Shown: positions 1 through 10,698 of the stretch, piece after piece | Numbering within the stretch: the first letter of the stretch is position 1 | Layout: every line of letters starts with the position of its first letter | Source of the DNA: Octopus sinensis | Lineage: Eukaryota | Direction of reading: 5' to 3' | NCBI RefSeq assembly: GCF_006345805.1 | Contig: NW_021836270.1 | Location: forward strand, 1-24,765 | Length of the DNA stretch: 24,765 bases | The notes under the pieces: generated by a model | What the model was told of the DNA's origin: nothing | Database searches by the model: none | What the model saw: only the letters and a program-made list of their open reading frames with translations | Translations under genes and position numbers: made by a program

Positions 1-225
1 ATCTAATCTCTCTGACCCACATCCCTTTCATTTTTTTTTTTTTTATATATGTGACTTGTTTTTTTTTTCCTATCCGACCCCGACACAGTTTGTTTACGTA
101 CGTGGAAACCCTTAACCTCAATATTCAACATTTCATGTTTCACAAGCATGAATAACAAGGGAAGAAATTGCTCTCTCTCTCTCTCTCTGTGGTGGTATAA
201 AAAAAAAAGAAACAAGAAACAACAT

Positions 226-504
226 AATCATCATCATCATCATCAGCATCACTATCGTCATCGTCATCATCATCATTCTCATCATCCTCATCATCACCAT
301 CATTATCATCATCAGCAGCAGCATCATCATCATTATCATCATCATCATCAACATCATCATCATTATCATCATCAACATCATCATCATCAGCATCACTATC
401 GTCATCGTCATCATCATCATCATCCTCATCATCACCATCATTATCACCATCATCATCAGCAGCAGCATCATCGTCATCATTGTTGTCGTTGTCATCGTCA
501 ACGT

Positions 505-535
<31 letters not shown>

Positions 536-1116
536 AGAATTACCAACTTCATCATCATCACCAGCATCATCACCATTTTCATCATCGTCGACGTCATCAT
601 CATCACCATCATAACCATTGCCATCATCATCATCAACATCATCATCATCAGCATCACTATCGTCATCGTCATCATCATCATCGTCCTCATCATCACCATT
701 ATTATCACCATCATCATCATCAGCAGCAGCATCATCATTGTTGTCGTTGTCATCGTCAACGTCATCATCGTCGTTGTCGTCATCATCATTATCAGCAGCA
801 GCAGCAGAATTACCAACTTCATCATCATCACCATCATCATCACCATTTTCATCGTCGACATCATCATCATCACCATCATAACCATTGCCATCATCATCAA
901 CATCATCATCATCACCATCATTATCACCATCATCATCAGCAGCATCATCATCACCATTGTTGTCGTTGTCGTCATCATCATCATTATCGGCAGCAGCAGC
1001 AGCAGAATTACCAACTTCTTCACCATTTTCATCATCGTCGACATCATCATCATCACCATCATAACCATTGCCATCATCATCATCAACATCATCATCATCA
1101 GCATCATCATCATCAT
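226..1116. repeat. (CAT/CAG/CGT)n-derived complex trinucleotide repeat with ~200-270 bp higher-order units
   Basis: CAT-rich triplets; the marker GAATTACCAACT recurs at about 537, 807 and 1005. This tract explains the His-rich, Asp-rich and Met-rich overlapping ORFs. Confidence 0.95.
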
Positions 1117-1360
1117 CGAGAGAAGTTTGAGGTGCTTGTAATATGCAGTGGCGACCTGGTCTTAATTTCTCCGTGCAAGGGATATTGTCCAGCTCCAGGA
1201 TCCCAAGGTACTTGTACCCATCATCACCCAGGTCTCCCATTTGCCCTCCATTTGGCAGTTCTATGTCCCTACAATCTGCTCTTTTCCCCCACTTCAAAGT
1301 GAGCACTGCACACTTTGAGATCCCGAATTCCATGCCTTCATGCAATTGAAAAAACTGCAT
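1117..1360 (-). mobile_element. Reverse transcriptase C-terminal fragment of an R4/Dong-like (RLE-type) non-LTR retrotransposon
   Basis: Translation GMEFGISKCAVLTLKWGK...IELPNGGQMGDLGDDGYKYLGILELDNI matches the (G)MEFGxxKCA and YKYLGI motifs of late RT domains in non-LTR elements. Confidence 0.8.
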
Positions 1361-1490
1361 TATATATGGGATAACCTAATATATATATATATATATATCA
1401 ATAATAAAAGGGTAAAATTAATTAATTGTTAATTAATTTTACCAAGTAGTGTTCAGTATGTAAAAAGACCATTTACGGTATATTTAAAAC

Positions 1491-1685
1491 ATTACTTTAT
1501 ATAATTAGGGTTCAGTAAAATAATTTACTTTACCACACACCGAACTTTTAGAAATAGCAGCAAAAAAATCTTAGTTATTTCTATATAGTAGAAGAATAAC
1601 TAAGATTTTTTGGCTGCTATTTCTAAAAGTTCGGTGTGTGTGGTAAAGTAAATTATTTTACTGAACCCTAATTATATAACGTAAT
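1491..1685. repeat. ~195-bp near-perfect palindrome (foldback/MITE-like), next to (TA)n
   Basis: The left arm (1491-~1583) is the reverse complement of the right arm (~1589-1685) with two substitutions, one extra CA unit and a 1-nt bulge near the centre. Confidence 0.9.
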
Positions 1686-1972
1686 ATATATATATATATG
1701 TATATATATACACACACACATATATATAACACACACATATATATACATACATATATATGTATATATATGCATATATATATATATATATATATATCTATAT
1801 ATATATATATATTATATATATATATATGTATATATATATACACACACATATATATGCATATATATATATATTATATATGTATATATATATACACACACAT
1901 ATATATGCATATATATATATATGTATATATGTATATGTTTGATACAAGCATGTATATATATATATATATATA
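1684..1972. repeat. Compound (TA)n/(CA)n microsatellite with internal duplication
   Basis: TA runs with recurring TATACACACACATATAT and TATGCATAT blocks. Confidence 0.95.
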
Positions 1973-3015
1973 ATACTTTTTTTCGTCTGGCGTTAACAGC
2001 CCTTCTTATCTTGTTCTCCTTGTCCTGTCTCTCACTGTTATATATTTATTTTTCCTGTTTATTTATATATTTTTTACTGTTTATATGTTTGTACTGTCGG
2101 TACCGTCTTGCTTTTTTTACCCCCTCTGCGAAAAGATCTCAGAATTTTAATTGATTTGCTTTTCGCAGGAAGGAAGTTTTCTTTCGAAGTATACGTCTCG
2201 CTTTTATCCTTCGAAACGTTTAGTAGATGAACCCTTAGCGACTGAAGAAGGGGATTTTTCGTTGTGCTTATTGTCTTGTATCTCTGTCTTGTATCTTTTT
2301 TTTTGCTTGTTTGTCCTTGGTTTGTTCTATGTTTTTCGTCTCTCTATGTGTTCGACGTCTTTTTGTGTCCTGTACACATATATGCGTGTATATGTACATG
2401 TAGAGGTAGGTACGTACATATATGTTTATATATATGCATATGTTCTATTTTATTAACATATATATATATATATATATATATGCACGAGTATGTGTGTGTA
2501 TATAAGTATGTATCTATATACTTAGTTTTTTTTTAACATTTTTCAATCAGAAGCCATGCGTAATAAATGAAATACTTCTCATATCTGATGCACTTTCAAT
2601 TAAATATTTCCCAAGCTATCATTTCCCAACTCAATGAATAAGCACTTACTCGTTAGCTGTAATCACTACCCTCAGCCTCTAATGAACGTGTGGGTGTTTA
2701 AGGTCAACCCAACACTCCAAAGACATCCGTGAACCAATACACTTTAAATTAAACAAATTCTAATTAAACAAACAACATCGTTAAATGGGTAGACTTGCTT
2801 TATTTTCATTGGCTGCTAATTTAAAAGACGTAATACATTATATTTATACATATTTCTTTAATTTGATGTTTTTAATTAAATGAATTTCTTATGTAATTAA
2901 CAAAAATCGTTAAGAACCAAACTCATTTGTTTTTGTTGTTTGCTAGTTAATATAATTGGGGTATTATTTTATCTCTCTAATGCATCGTTAAGATTGTCAT
3001 ATAATAATTAAGATT

Positions 3016-3523
3016 CCATGCCGGTGGCACGTAAAAAGCACCATCCGTCCATGGCCGTTGCCAGCCTCACCTGGCCCCTGTGCCGGTGGCACGTAAAAAG
3101 CACCATCCGTTCGTGGCCGTTGCCAGCCTCGCCTGGCCCCCGTGCCGGTGGCACGTAAAAAGCACCGTCCGTCCGTGGCCGTTTGCCAGCCTCGCCTGGC
3201 CCCCGTGCCGGTGGCACATAAAAAGCACCGTCCGTCCGTGGCCGTTTGCCAGCCTCGTCTGGCACCTGTGCGGGTGGAACGTAAAAAGCACCATCCGTCC
3301 GTGGCCGTTTGCCAGCCTCGTCTGGCACCTGTGCGGGTGGCACGTAAAAAGCACCCACTACACTCATGGAGTGGTTGGCGTTAGGAAGGGCATCCAGCTG
3401 TAGAAACACTGCCAGATCAGACTGGAGCCTGGCGCAGCCTTCTGGCTTCCCAGACCCCAGTTGAACCGTCCAACCCGTGCTAGCATGGAAAGCAGATGCT
3501 AAATGATGATGATGATGATGATT
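3016..3523 (+). mobile_element. 3'-UTR-only copy of an RTE-type LINE (or SINE sharing its tail): ~5.4 x 62-63 bp monomers, conserved tail, (GAT)n end
   Basis: GGTGGCAC(G/A)TAAAAAGCACC monomers start at 3023, 3085, 3147, 3210, 3273 and 3336. They are followed by GGCGTTAGGAAGGGCATCCAGCTGTAGAAA...AACCCGTGCTAGCATGGAAA...(GAT)n. The same tail directly follows an RTE ORF2 stop codon at 22692-22954. Confidence 0.8.
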
Positions 3524-3933
3524 GAGTGAGAGAGCAGTGCATGCTACCAAAGTGATACTGGGGTAGAATTATACAAAGCCCAATATACCCATCATGTCTA
3601 CGCATCTGGTAAGGGTACACCAGGCGCATGCATCACAACCACATGTGTGCAACATGGTGATAAACAGCACATGATCTCACAGGTGGGGCCCAGTTAGAAT
3701 ATTTTTCAAGTTAAGTAGCCCATCCCACTCAAAAGGTCCCTGAATAAGGTTTCTTTAAGGACGATGAACAAAATGCACATTTTTCTAGAGGTGAATTATC
3801 CAAACCTCCAAGAATCCCTCTCAACACATGTCTATGATGCCCCCCCCCCACTACATCTACTCGTGATCAGAGATGCACATATTGTCAGCCACCAAGGGAC
3901 ATGCTCAACTGGTTAAGGTCAAACAACTGACAG
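3524..3933. mobile_element. Body (~410 bp) of a non-coding dispersed element, copy 1
   Basis: Collinear with 13273-13678 (about 85% identical by rough count), with the same left terminus ATT|GAGTGAGAGAGCAG. No ORF. Orientation undetermined. Confidence 0.85.
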
Positions 3934-5035
3934 GCAAATCTGTGGTATTGAGCAGAATATTTGCTGTAGCCCATCTTTTATACCAAGACAAAACAATGTA
4001 CATGATAACACTCCCAATCAGTTAAGATCAGAAGTCACGAGAGCCACTGCCTGGTACTGCATCAGGGCATTAGCAAATCTGTGGTATTGAGCAGAATATT
4101 TGCTGTAGCCCATCTTTTATACCAAGACAAAACAATGTACATGATAACACTCCCAATCAGTTAAGATCAGAAGTCACGAGAGCCACTGCCTGGTACTGCA
4201 TCAGGGCATTAGCAAATCTGTGGTATTGAGCAGAATATTTGCTGTAGGCCATCTTTTATACCAAGACAAAATAATGTACATGGTAACACTTCCAATCAGT
4301 TCAGATCAGAAGCCATGAGAGCCACTGCCTGGTACTGCATCAGGGCATTAGCAAATCTGTGGTATTGAGCAGAATATTTGCTGTAGGCCATCTTTTATAC
4401 CAAGACAAAACAATGTACATGATAACACTTCCAATCAGTTCAATCAGAAGCCATGAGAGCCACTGCCTGGTACTGCATCAGGGCATTAGCAAATCTGTGG
4501 TATTGAGCAATATTTGCTGTAGGCCATCTTTTATACCAACAAAATAATGTACATGGTAACACTTCAATCAGTTCAGATCAGAAGCCATGAGAGCCACTGC
4601 CTGGTACTGCATCAGGGCATTAGCAAATCGTGGTATTGAGCAGAATATTTGCTGTAGCCATCTTTTATACCAAGACAAAACAATGTACATGATAACACTT
4701 CCAATCAGTTCAGATCAGAAGCCATGAGAGCCACTGCCTGGTACTGCATCAGGGCATTAGCAAATCTGTGGTATTGAGCAGAATATTTGCTGTAGGCCAT
4801 CTTTTATCCAAGACAAAACAATGTACATGATAACACTTCCAATCAGTTCAGATCAGAAGCCATGAGAGCACTGCCTGGTACTGCATCAGGGCATTAGCAA
4901 ATCTGTGGTATTGAGCAAGAATATTTGCTGTAGCCCATCTTTTATACCAGACAAAACAATGTACATGATAACACTTCCAATCAGTTCAGATCAGAAGCCA
5001 CAAGATCCACTGCCAAGTACTACATCAGGGCATTT
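3934..5035. repeat. Tandem array of 8 x 139-bp monomer at the terminus of the dispersed element, copy 1
   Basis: GCAAATCTGTGG starts at 3934, 4073, 4212, 4351, 4489, 4623, 4760 and 4897; the array ends CATCAGGGCATTT followed by (ATT)n. Confidence 0.97.
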
Positions 5036-5052
5036 ATTATTATATTATTATT

Positions 5053-5871
5053 CAGTAGTTTTTTTATAGCGTACTTTTACTTCACTACCGAGCGCAGCTC
5101 TGTGTACCTTGGGTATGTGCTGTGATTTGTTGTGATGCTCTGATGGTTATTGTATGGAAAGTGTTCTGCGTAGGATGTGTGCAGTGCCTAGTAGTGCAAT
5201 TTTCTGTATGTTATGTGGTTGTAAGTCCTGGTGTTTTTGTTAGTATTTGTCTGAATATTTTTTTATCATGCCTAATGCACCTGCTATGATAGGAATTGTT
5301 TCTGTTTTCAGATTCCACATTCTAGTTACCTCTATTTCCAGGTCTTTGTATTTTGAGAGTTTTTCTCCATTTCTTTTAGAGACATGTTGTCATCAGCCGT
5401 ATTGATACATCAATTAGAAGCATTTTTTTTCTTCATGATCTCTGACAACTATATCGGTCTGTTGGCCTTAATTTCTCTATCTGTGTGTATCGGCATATCC
5501 CAGAGTATGGTTGCTTTCTCGTTTCTGTGACCTTTTCTGGTGTGTGCCTATACCATCTTTTTTCTGTTGTTATTCCATAATGTTGGCATAGCTTCCAATG
5601 TATGTAGGTTCCAACTCTGTCATGTCTGTGAATATATTCCTTCTTAGCCACGACTGGGCAGCTAGAGATAATATGATTTATTGTTTCTTGTCCATCTCCA
5701 CATATTCTGCAGTTACTTGTAATATTTCTTTTCATTACATGTTTTTGGTAATTTCTGGTGGGGAGGCTTTGGTCTTGTGCTGCAATTAAAAATCCCTCTG
5801 TTTCTGCTTTGAGTCCTGAGCTTCTCAACCATTGCTGGGATTTTTCTTTGTCTATTTCTTTTGCGTTTAGT
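5053..5871 (-). mobile_element. 5'-truncated R4/Dong-like LINE (subfamily F1): CCHC knuckle, RLE domain, 3' UTR, (AAT)n tail; frameshifted
   Basis: QWLRSSGLKAETEGFLIAAQDQSL...CRICGDGQETINHIISSCP...HDRVGTYIHWKLC. After frameshifts the C-terminus resembles the 9678-9890 copy (stop at 5147-5149). (ATT)n tracts lie on both sides. Confidence 0.92.
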
Positions 5872-5889
5872 TTATTATTATTATTGTTG

Positions 5890-5936
<47 letters not shown>

Positions 5937-5939
5937 TTT

Positions 5940-6156
5940 AAGGCAGTGAGCTGGGAGAATCTTTAGCGCAACAGGTAAAATGCTCACTGGCATTTCACCT
6001 GTCTTTACATTCTGAGTTCAAATTCCGTCAAGGTTGAATTTTACTTGTCATCCTTTCAGAGTCGATAAAATAAGTACCAGTTGAATACTGGAGTCAATGT
6101 AACCCACTAGTTCCCTCTCCACAAATTTCAGGCCTTGTGCCTATAGTAGAAAGGAT
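5940..6156 (+). mobile_element. tRNA-headed SINE (family A), inserted in (ATT)n
   Basis: AAGGCAGTGAGCTGG..AGAATC (A-box-like) and GAGTTCAAATTCC (B-box-like); ends GGCCTTGTGCCTATAGTAGAAAGGATT. Homologous copies occur at 7776, 8846, 10459, 17037, 17224 and 24365. Confidence 0.85.
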
Positions 6157-6192
6157 TCTTCTTCTTCTTCGTATTATTATTATTATTATTAT

Positions 6193-7765
6193 TAGTCAGT
6201 ACACCTGTGCATACCTTCCTTCTTGTGACACTTGTGAAGACCTGTTGAGGTAAGTGAAAATCAAAACAAATCAAAATAGATGAACATCAATGGAATCTGT
6301 ATCTCTGTGGTACCAGTGCCGGTGGCACACAAGAGAACCATCCGAATGTGGCCGTAGCCAGTTCCGCATCGACCGGCCTCCGTGCTGTGGGCACGTAACA
6401 AACACCATCCGATCATGGCCGTTCGCCAGCCTCATCTGGCACCTGTGTCGGTGGCACATAAAAACACCTTCCGAAGACCCGGCAAGACTAGTCAGTCCAC
6501 CTGTGCATACCTTCCTTCTTGTGACACTTGTGAAGACCTGTTGAGGCAAGTGAAAATCAAAACAAATCAAAATAGATGAACATCAATGGAATCTGTATCT
6601 TTGTGGTACCAGTGCCGGTGGCACACACTTGTGGTACCAGTGCCGTGGCACACAAAGGAACCATCCGAACGTGCCGTAGCCAGTTCCGCGTCGACCGGCC
6701 TCCGTGCTGTGGGCACGTAACAAACACCATCCGATCATGGCCGTTCGCCAGCCTCATCTGGCACCTGTGTCGGTGGCACATAAAAACACCTTCCGAAGAC
6801 CCGGCAAGACTAGTCAGTCCACCTGTGCATACCTTCCTTCTTGTGACACTTGTGAAGACCGGTTGAGGCAAGTGAAAATCAAAATCAAATCAAATCAAAT
6901 CAAAATAGACAAAATAGATGAACATCATGGAATTTGTATCTTGTGGTACCAGTGCTGTGGCACACAAGAAATCCATCAGTGCTGTAGTCAGTGCGGTGGC
7001 ACATGACAAACACCATCCGATCGTGGCCGTTCGCCAGCCTCATCTAGCACCTGCGTCGGTGGCACATAAAAACCCATCCGAAGATCCGGCAAGACTAGTC
7101 AGGCCATAACCCATGGCCCCTACCTGGGACGTAGTCAGTCCACCTGTGCATACCTTCCTTCTTGTGACACTTGTGAAGACCTGTTGAGGCAAGTGAAAAT
7201 CAAAACAAATCAAAATAGATGAACATCAATGGAATTTGTATCTTTGTGGTACTAGTGCCGGTGGCACGTGGCACATAAGAAAACCATCCGAACGTGGCCG
7301 TAGCCAGTACCGCATCGACTGGCCTCCGTGCTGTGGGCACGTAACAAGCACCATCCGATCGTGGCCGTTTGCCAGCCTCATCTGGCACCTGTCGGTGGCA
7401 CATAAAAACACCATCCGAGCATGGCCGTCTGCCAGCCTCGTCTGGCACCTGTGTCGGTGGCACATAAAAACACCATCCGAGCGTGGCCGTCTGCCAGCCT
7501 CGTCTGGCACCTGTGTCGGTGGCACATAAAAAACACCATCCGAGCGTGGCCGTTTGCCAGCCTCGTCTGGCACCTGTGTCGGTGGCACATAAAATCACCC
7601 ACTACACTCTCGGAGTGGTTGGCGTTAGGAAGGGCATCCAGCTGTAGAAACATCTGACTGGACTGGTGCAGCTTTCGGGCTCCCCAGACCCCAGTTGAAC
7701 CGTCCAACCCATGCTAGCATGGAAAGCGGACGTTAAATGATGATGATGATGATGATGATGATGAT
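6193..7765 (+). mobile_element. RTE-type LINE 3' UTR with ~4 tandem ~300-bp units plus ~4 x 60-63 bp monomers, ending in the conserved tail and (GAT)n
   Basis: TAGTCAGT(A/C)CACCTGTGCATACC recurs at 6193, 6489, 6811 and 7132. Monomers lie at ~7350-7600, then the AGGAAGGGCATCCAGCTGTAGAAA tail and (GAT)n. Confidence 0.85.
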
Positions 7766-7775
7766 TATTATTATT

Positions 7776-7906
7776 CCTCCAAGTTGACTTTGACATACAT
7801 CCTTTCAGGGGTCAATAAATTAAGTACCAGTGAAACGCTGGAGTTGATGTAATCGACTCATCCCCTCCCCCAAAATTTCAGGCCTTGTGTCTTTAATAGA
7901 AAGGAT
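7776..7906 (+). mobile_element. Family A SINE, 5'-truncated
   Basis: CATCCTTTCAGGGGTC..AATTAAGTACCAG...AAATTTCAGGCCTTGTG..AGAAAGGATT(ATT)n matches the 3' half of 5940-6156. Confidence 0.8.
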
Positions 7907-7932
7907 TATTGTTATTATTATTATTATTATCA

Positions 7933-8248
7933 TTCTCATTTACTTTTAATCTGCATGTTTGATGCAATCACTTGCCGGGGCACACCCAGCGCCCTAGGGC
8001 AAGTGAAGGTTAAGAGTTGTTGAAATATAGTTGAAAGCTTGGGGAGGGGAAGTAGAGAAATATCTCCATGTAATACAAACACAAACATTTACATTGGTAG
8101 GGTTTTTCTAAGGATGTGGGCAGTACTTGTTAGCACAATCTTTTGGATTTCCTTGAGACATGGTTCTCCAGGGATATTGTCTAGGTGTTTCTGGCATCCC
8201 TTTTTTATCATACCTAGGGCACCTACAATAACAGGAACAGTTTTTGTT

Positions 8249-8253
<5 letters not shown>
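7933..8253 (-). mobile_element. R4/Dong-like LINE 3' end (subfamily F2)
   Basis: TKTVPVIVGALGMIKKGCQKHLDNIPGEPCLKEIQKIVLTSTAHILRKTLPM* (stop 8089-8091), followed by a distinct 3' UTR; flanked by (ATT)n. Confidence 0.85.
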
Positions 8254-8280
<27 letters not shown>

Positions 8281-8313
8281 CATTATTATTATTATTATCA
8301 TTATTATTATTAC

Positions 8314-8354
<41 letters not shown>

Positions 8355-8377
8355 TTATTTTTATTATTATTATTATT

Positions 8378-8685
8378 CTATGTTTGACTTTTGCTTTACA
8401 TTTGTACAAGTTGGCTCCAAGTCTCACCCAGAGACCTCAAGAGACAACAAGTTAGAAGTTCCTGTTGGTGTTATGCTTAGGGTGCCATATATTTGGTTTT
8501 GTACTTAGTGTTGTACTAGTGAATGTCTAAAGAACCATAAGAAAATTATGTTTGTTTTAAAACTTGAGATTACATAGAAAGTATTTTACGTAGGATATGA
8601 GCAGTTCCCATAAGTACTATCTTTTGAATTTCTGCCATTTTGGGATTTCCTGGTATCTGAGCTAGGTAGCAATCAGCCCCTTTTG
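8378..8685 (-). mobile_element. R4/Dong-like LINE 3' end (subfamily F3), short copy
   Basis: Homologous to 10697-11000; encodes GADCYLAQIPGNPKMAEIQKIVLMGTAHILRKILSM* (stop 8570-8572). Confidence 0.88.
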
Positions 8686-8802
8686 TTATCACCTTATTAT
8701 TATTATTATTATTATTATTTAAAAAAAAATTAAAAATATAAATATAAAAAGTAAAAATAAAAAAAATTAAAATAAAAAGAATTAATTATTATTATTATAA
8801 TA

Positions 8803-8845
<43 letters not shown>

Positions 8846-8847
<2 letters not shown>

Positions 8848-9061
8848 GGTGGTAAGCTGGCAGAATTTTTAACATGCCGGGTGAAATGCTTAGCAGCATT
8901 TTGTCTGCTGCTATGTTCTGAGTTCAAATTCCACCAAGATCAACTTTACCTTTCACCCTTTCGGAGTCGATAAATTAAGTATCAGCGAAACACAGGGGTC
9001 AATGTAGTTGACTAGATCCTTCCCCAAACCTTCTAGCCTTGTGCCTTTAGTAGAACGGATT
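8846..9061 (+). mobile_element. Family A SINE in (ATT)n
   Basis: AAGGTGGTAAGCTGGCAGAAT...GAGTTCAAATTCC...GCCTTGTGCCTTTAGTAGAACGGATT(ATT)n. Confidence 0.85.
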
Positions 9062-9075
9062 ATTATTATTATTAA

Positions 9076-9107
<32 letters not shown>

Positions 9108-9520
9108 TATTATTATTATTATTATTATTATTGCTTCTTCATAAATAAGAAAGAATTGGTTAATTGGAGGAATTGCTTAATTATTAATATATTAAGGGCC
9201 ATAATTGTAATTACAAGTATTTAATCAGGTTGTGATTTTTAAGCTTGTATGAAATATATTATTGTGTCAAGCGCTTACGTTGATTTTGTGTTCTTAAGCA
9301 AAACTATACGCATAGCGACCCTGGCCCACGCCTCTCTGTTCTTATATAACTTGTTTGTCCTACCCCCGACATGTTGTTTTGGTAAACTCCTAGTTTAAAA
9401 GTTTCATATTTCACAAAGCAACGAGAGACGATGGATGTAATTATCCTGAACAGAATGAAAGTCGACAACTACCACTGCCACTACTACTGCTACTACCACC
9501 ACCACCATAATAATAATAAC

Positions 9521-9563
<43 letters not shown>

Positions 9564-9580
9564 CTATTATTATTATTATT

Positions 9581-9884
9581 CAGTAGGTTTATTTTTATAA
9601 CGTGCTTTCACTTCACTACCGAGCGCAGCTCTGTGTACCTTGGGTATGTGCTGTGATTTGTTGTGATGCTCTGATGGTTATTGTATGGAAAGTGTTCTGC
9701 GTAGGATGTGTGCAGTGCCTAGTAGTGCAATTTTCTGTATGTTATATGTGTTTGTAAGTCCTGGTGTTTTTGTTATGTATTTGTCTGAATATTTTTTTAT
9801 CATGCCTAATGCACCTACTATGATAGGAATTGTTTCTGTTTTCAGGTTCCACATTCTAGTTACCTCTATTTCCAGGTCTTTGTA

Positions 9885-9890
<6 letters not shown>
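9581..9890 (-). mobile_element. R4/Dong-like LINE 3' end (subfamily F1), second copy
   Basis: KYKDLEIEVTRMWNLKTETIPIIVGALGMIKK...IQKIALLGTAHILRRTLSIQ*; about 95% identical by eye to 5053-5355. Confidence 0.92.
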
Positions 9891-9919
<29 letters not shown>

Positions 9920-9920
<1 letters not shown>

Positions 9921-10294
9921 CTCTTTACTCTTTTTACTTGATTTCAGTCTTTGACTGCGGCCCATGCTGGAGCACCGCCTTTAATCGAGCAACTCGACCC
10001 CGGGACTTATTCTTTTGTAAGCCCAGTACTTATTCTATCGGTCTCTTTTGCCAAACCGCTAAGTGACGGGGACATAAACACACCAGCATCGGTTGTCAAG
10101 CAATGCTAGGGGGACAACCACACACACACAAACACACACACGCATACATATATATACATATATACTCACAAGGCTTTGGTCGGCCCGAGGCTATAGTAGA
10201 AGACACTTGCCCAAGGTGCCACACAGTGGGACTGAACCTGGAACCATGTGGTTCGTAAGCAAGCTACTTACCACACAGCCACTCCTGCGCCTAT
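9920..10294 (-). mobile_element. tRNA-headed SINE (family B) with CORE-like CCTTGGGCAAGTG motif and internal CA/TA microsatellite
   Basis: The minus strand begins ATAGGCGCAGGAGTGGCTGTGTGGTAAG...GGTTCAGTCCC...CCTTGGGCAAGTGTCTTC; a homologue lies on the plus strand at 22311-22628. Confidence 0.82.
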
Positions 10295-10320
10295 TATCAT
10301 CATTATCATTATTATTATCA

Positions 10321-10378
<58 letters not shown>

Positions 10379-10458
10379 CATCATTATTATTATTATTGTT
10401 ATTATTATTATTATCATTATTATTGTTATTATTATTATTACTACTACTATTATTATTA

Positions 10459-10661
10459 TGCTGACAGAATTGTTAGTACACTGGACAAAATGTTTAGTGG
10501 TATTCCACCTGTTGCTACGTCTTGAGTTCAAATTCTGCCGAGGTCAACTTTGCCTTTCATCCTTTTGATGTTGATAAATTAAGTACCAGTTAAACACTGG
10601 GGTCGACATAATCGATTATCACTCTCCCCAAATTTCAGGCCTTCTGCCCATAGCAGAAAGG

Positions 10662-10662
<1 letters not shown>
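10459..10662 (+). mobile_element. Family A SINE in (ATT)n
   Basis: GCTGACAGAATTGTTAG...GAGTTCAAATTCTGCCGAGG...AAATTTCAGGCCTT..AGAAAGG. Confidence 0.85.

Positions 10663-10696
<34 letters not shown>

Positions 10697-10698
<2 letters not shown>

Noticed and set aside
148-1302. His-rich 384-aa and Met-rich 327-aa proteins
   Set aside because: These are alternative frames of a (CAT)n repeat with no non-repetitive domain.
2536-3010. Possible host exon or regulatory element in non-repetitive AT-rich stretches (also 9140-9470 and 24580-24715)
   Set aside because: No recognisable coding motif or convincing splice-bounded ORF; it cannot be supported without homology or expression data.
3008-3550. 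180-aa repetitive ORF and similar ORFs over 6271-7707
   Set aside because: Translations of the 62-63 bp UTR monomers, open on both strands, with no known domain.
8720-8782. A-rich block interrupting an (ATT)n tract
   Set aside because: Low complexity; could be a degenerate inversion or read error, and cannot be interpreted.
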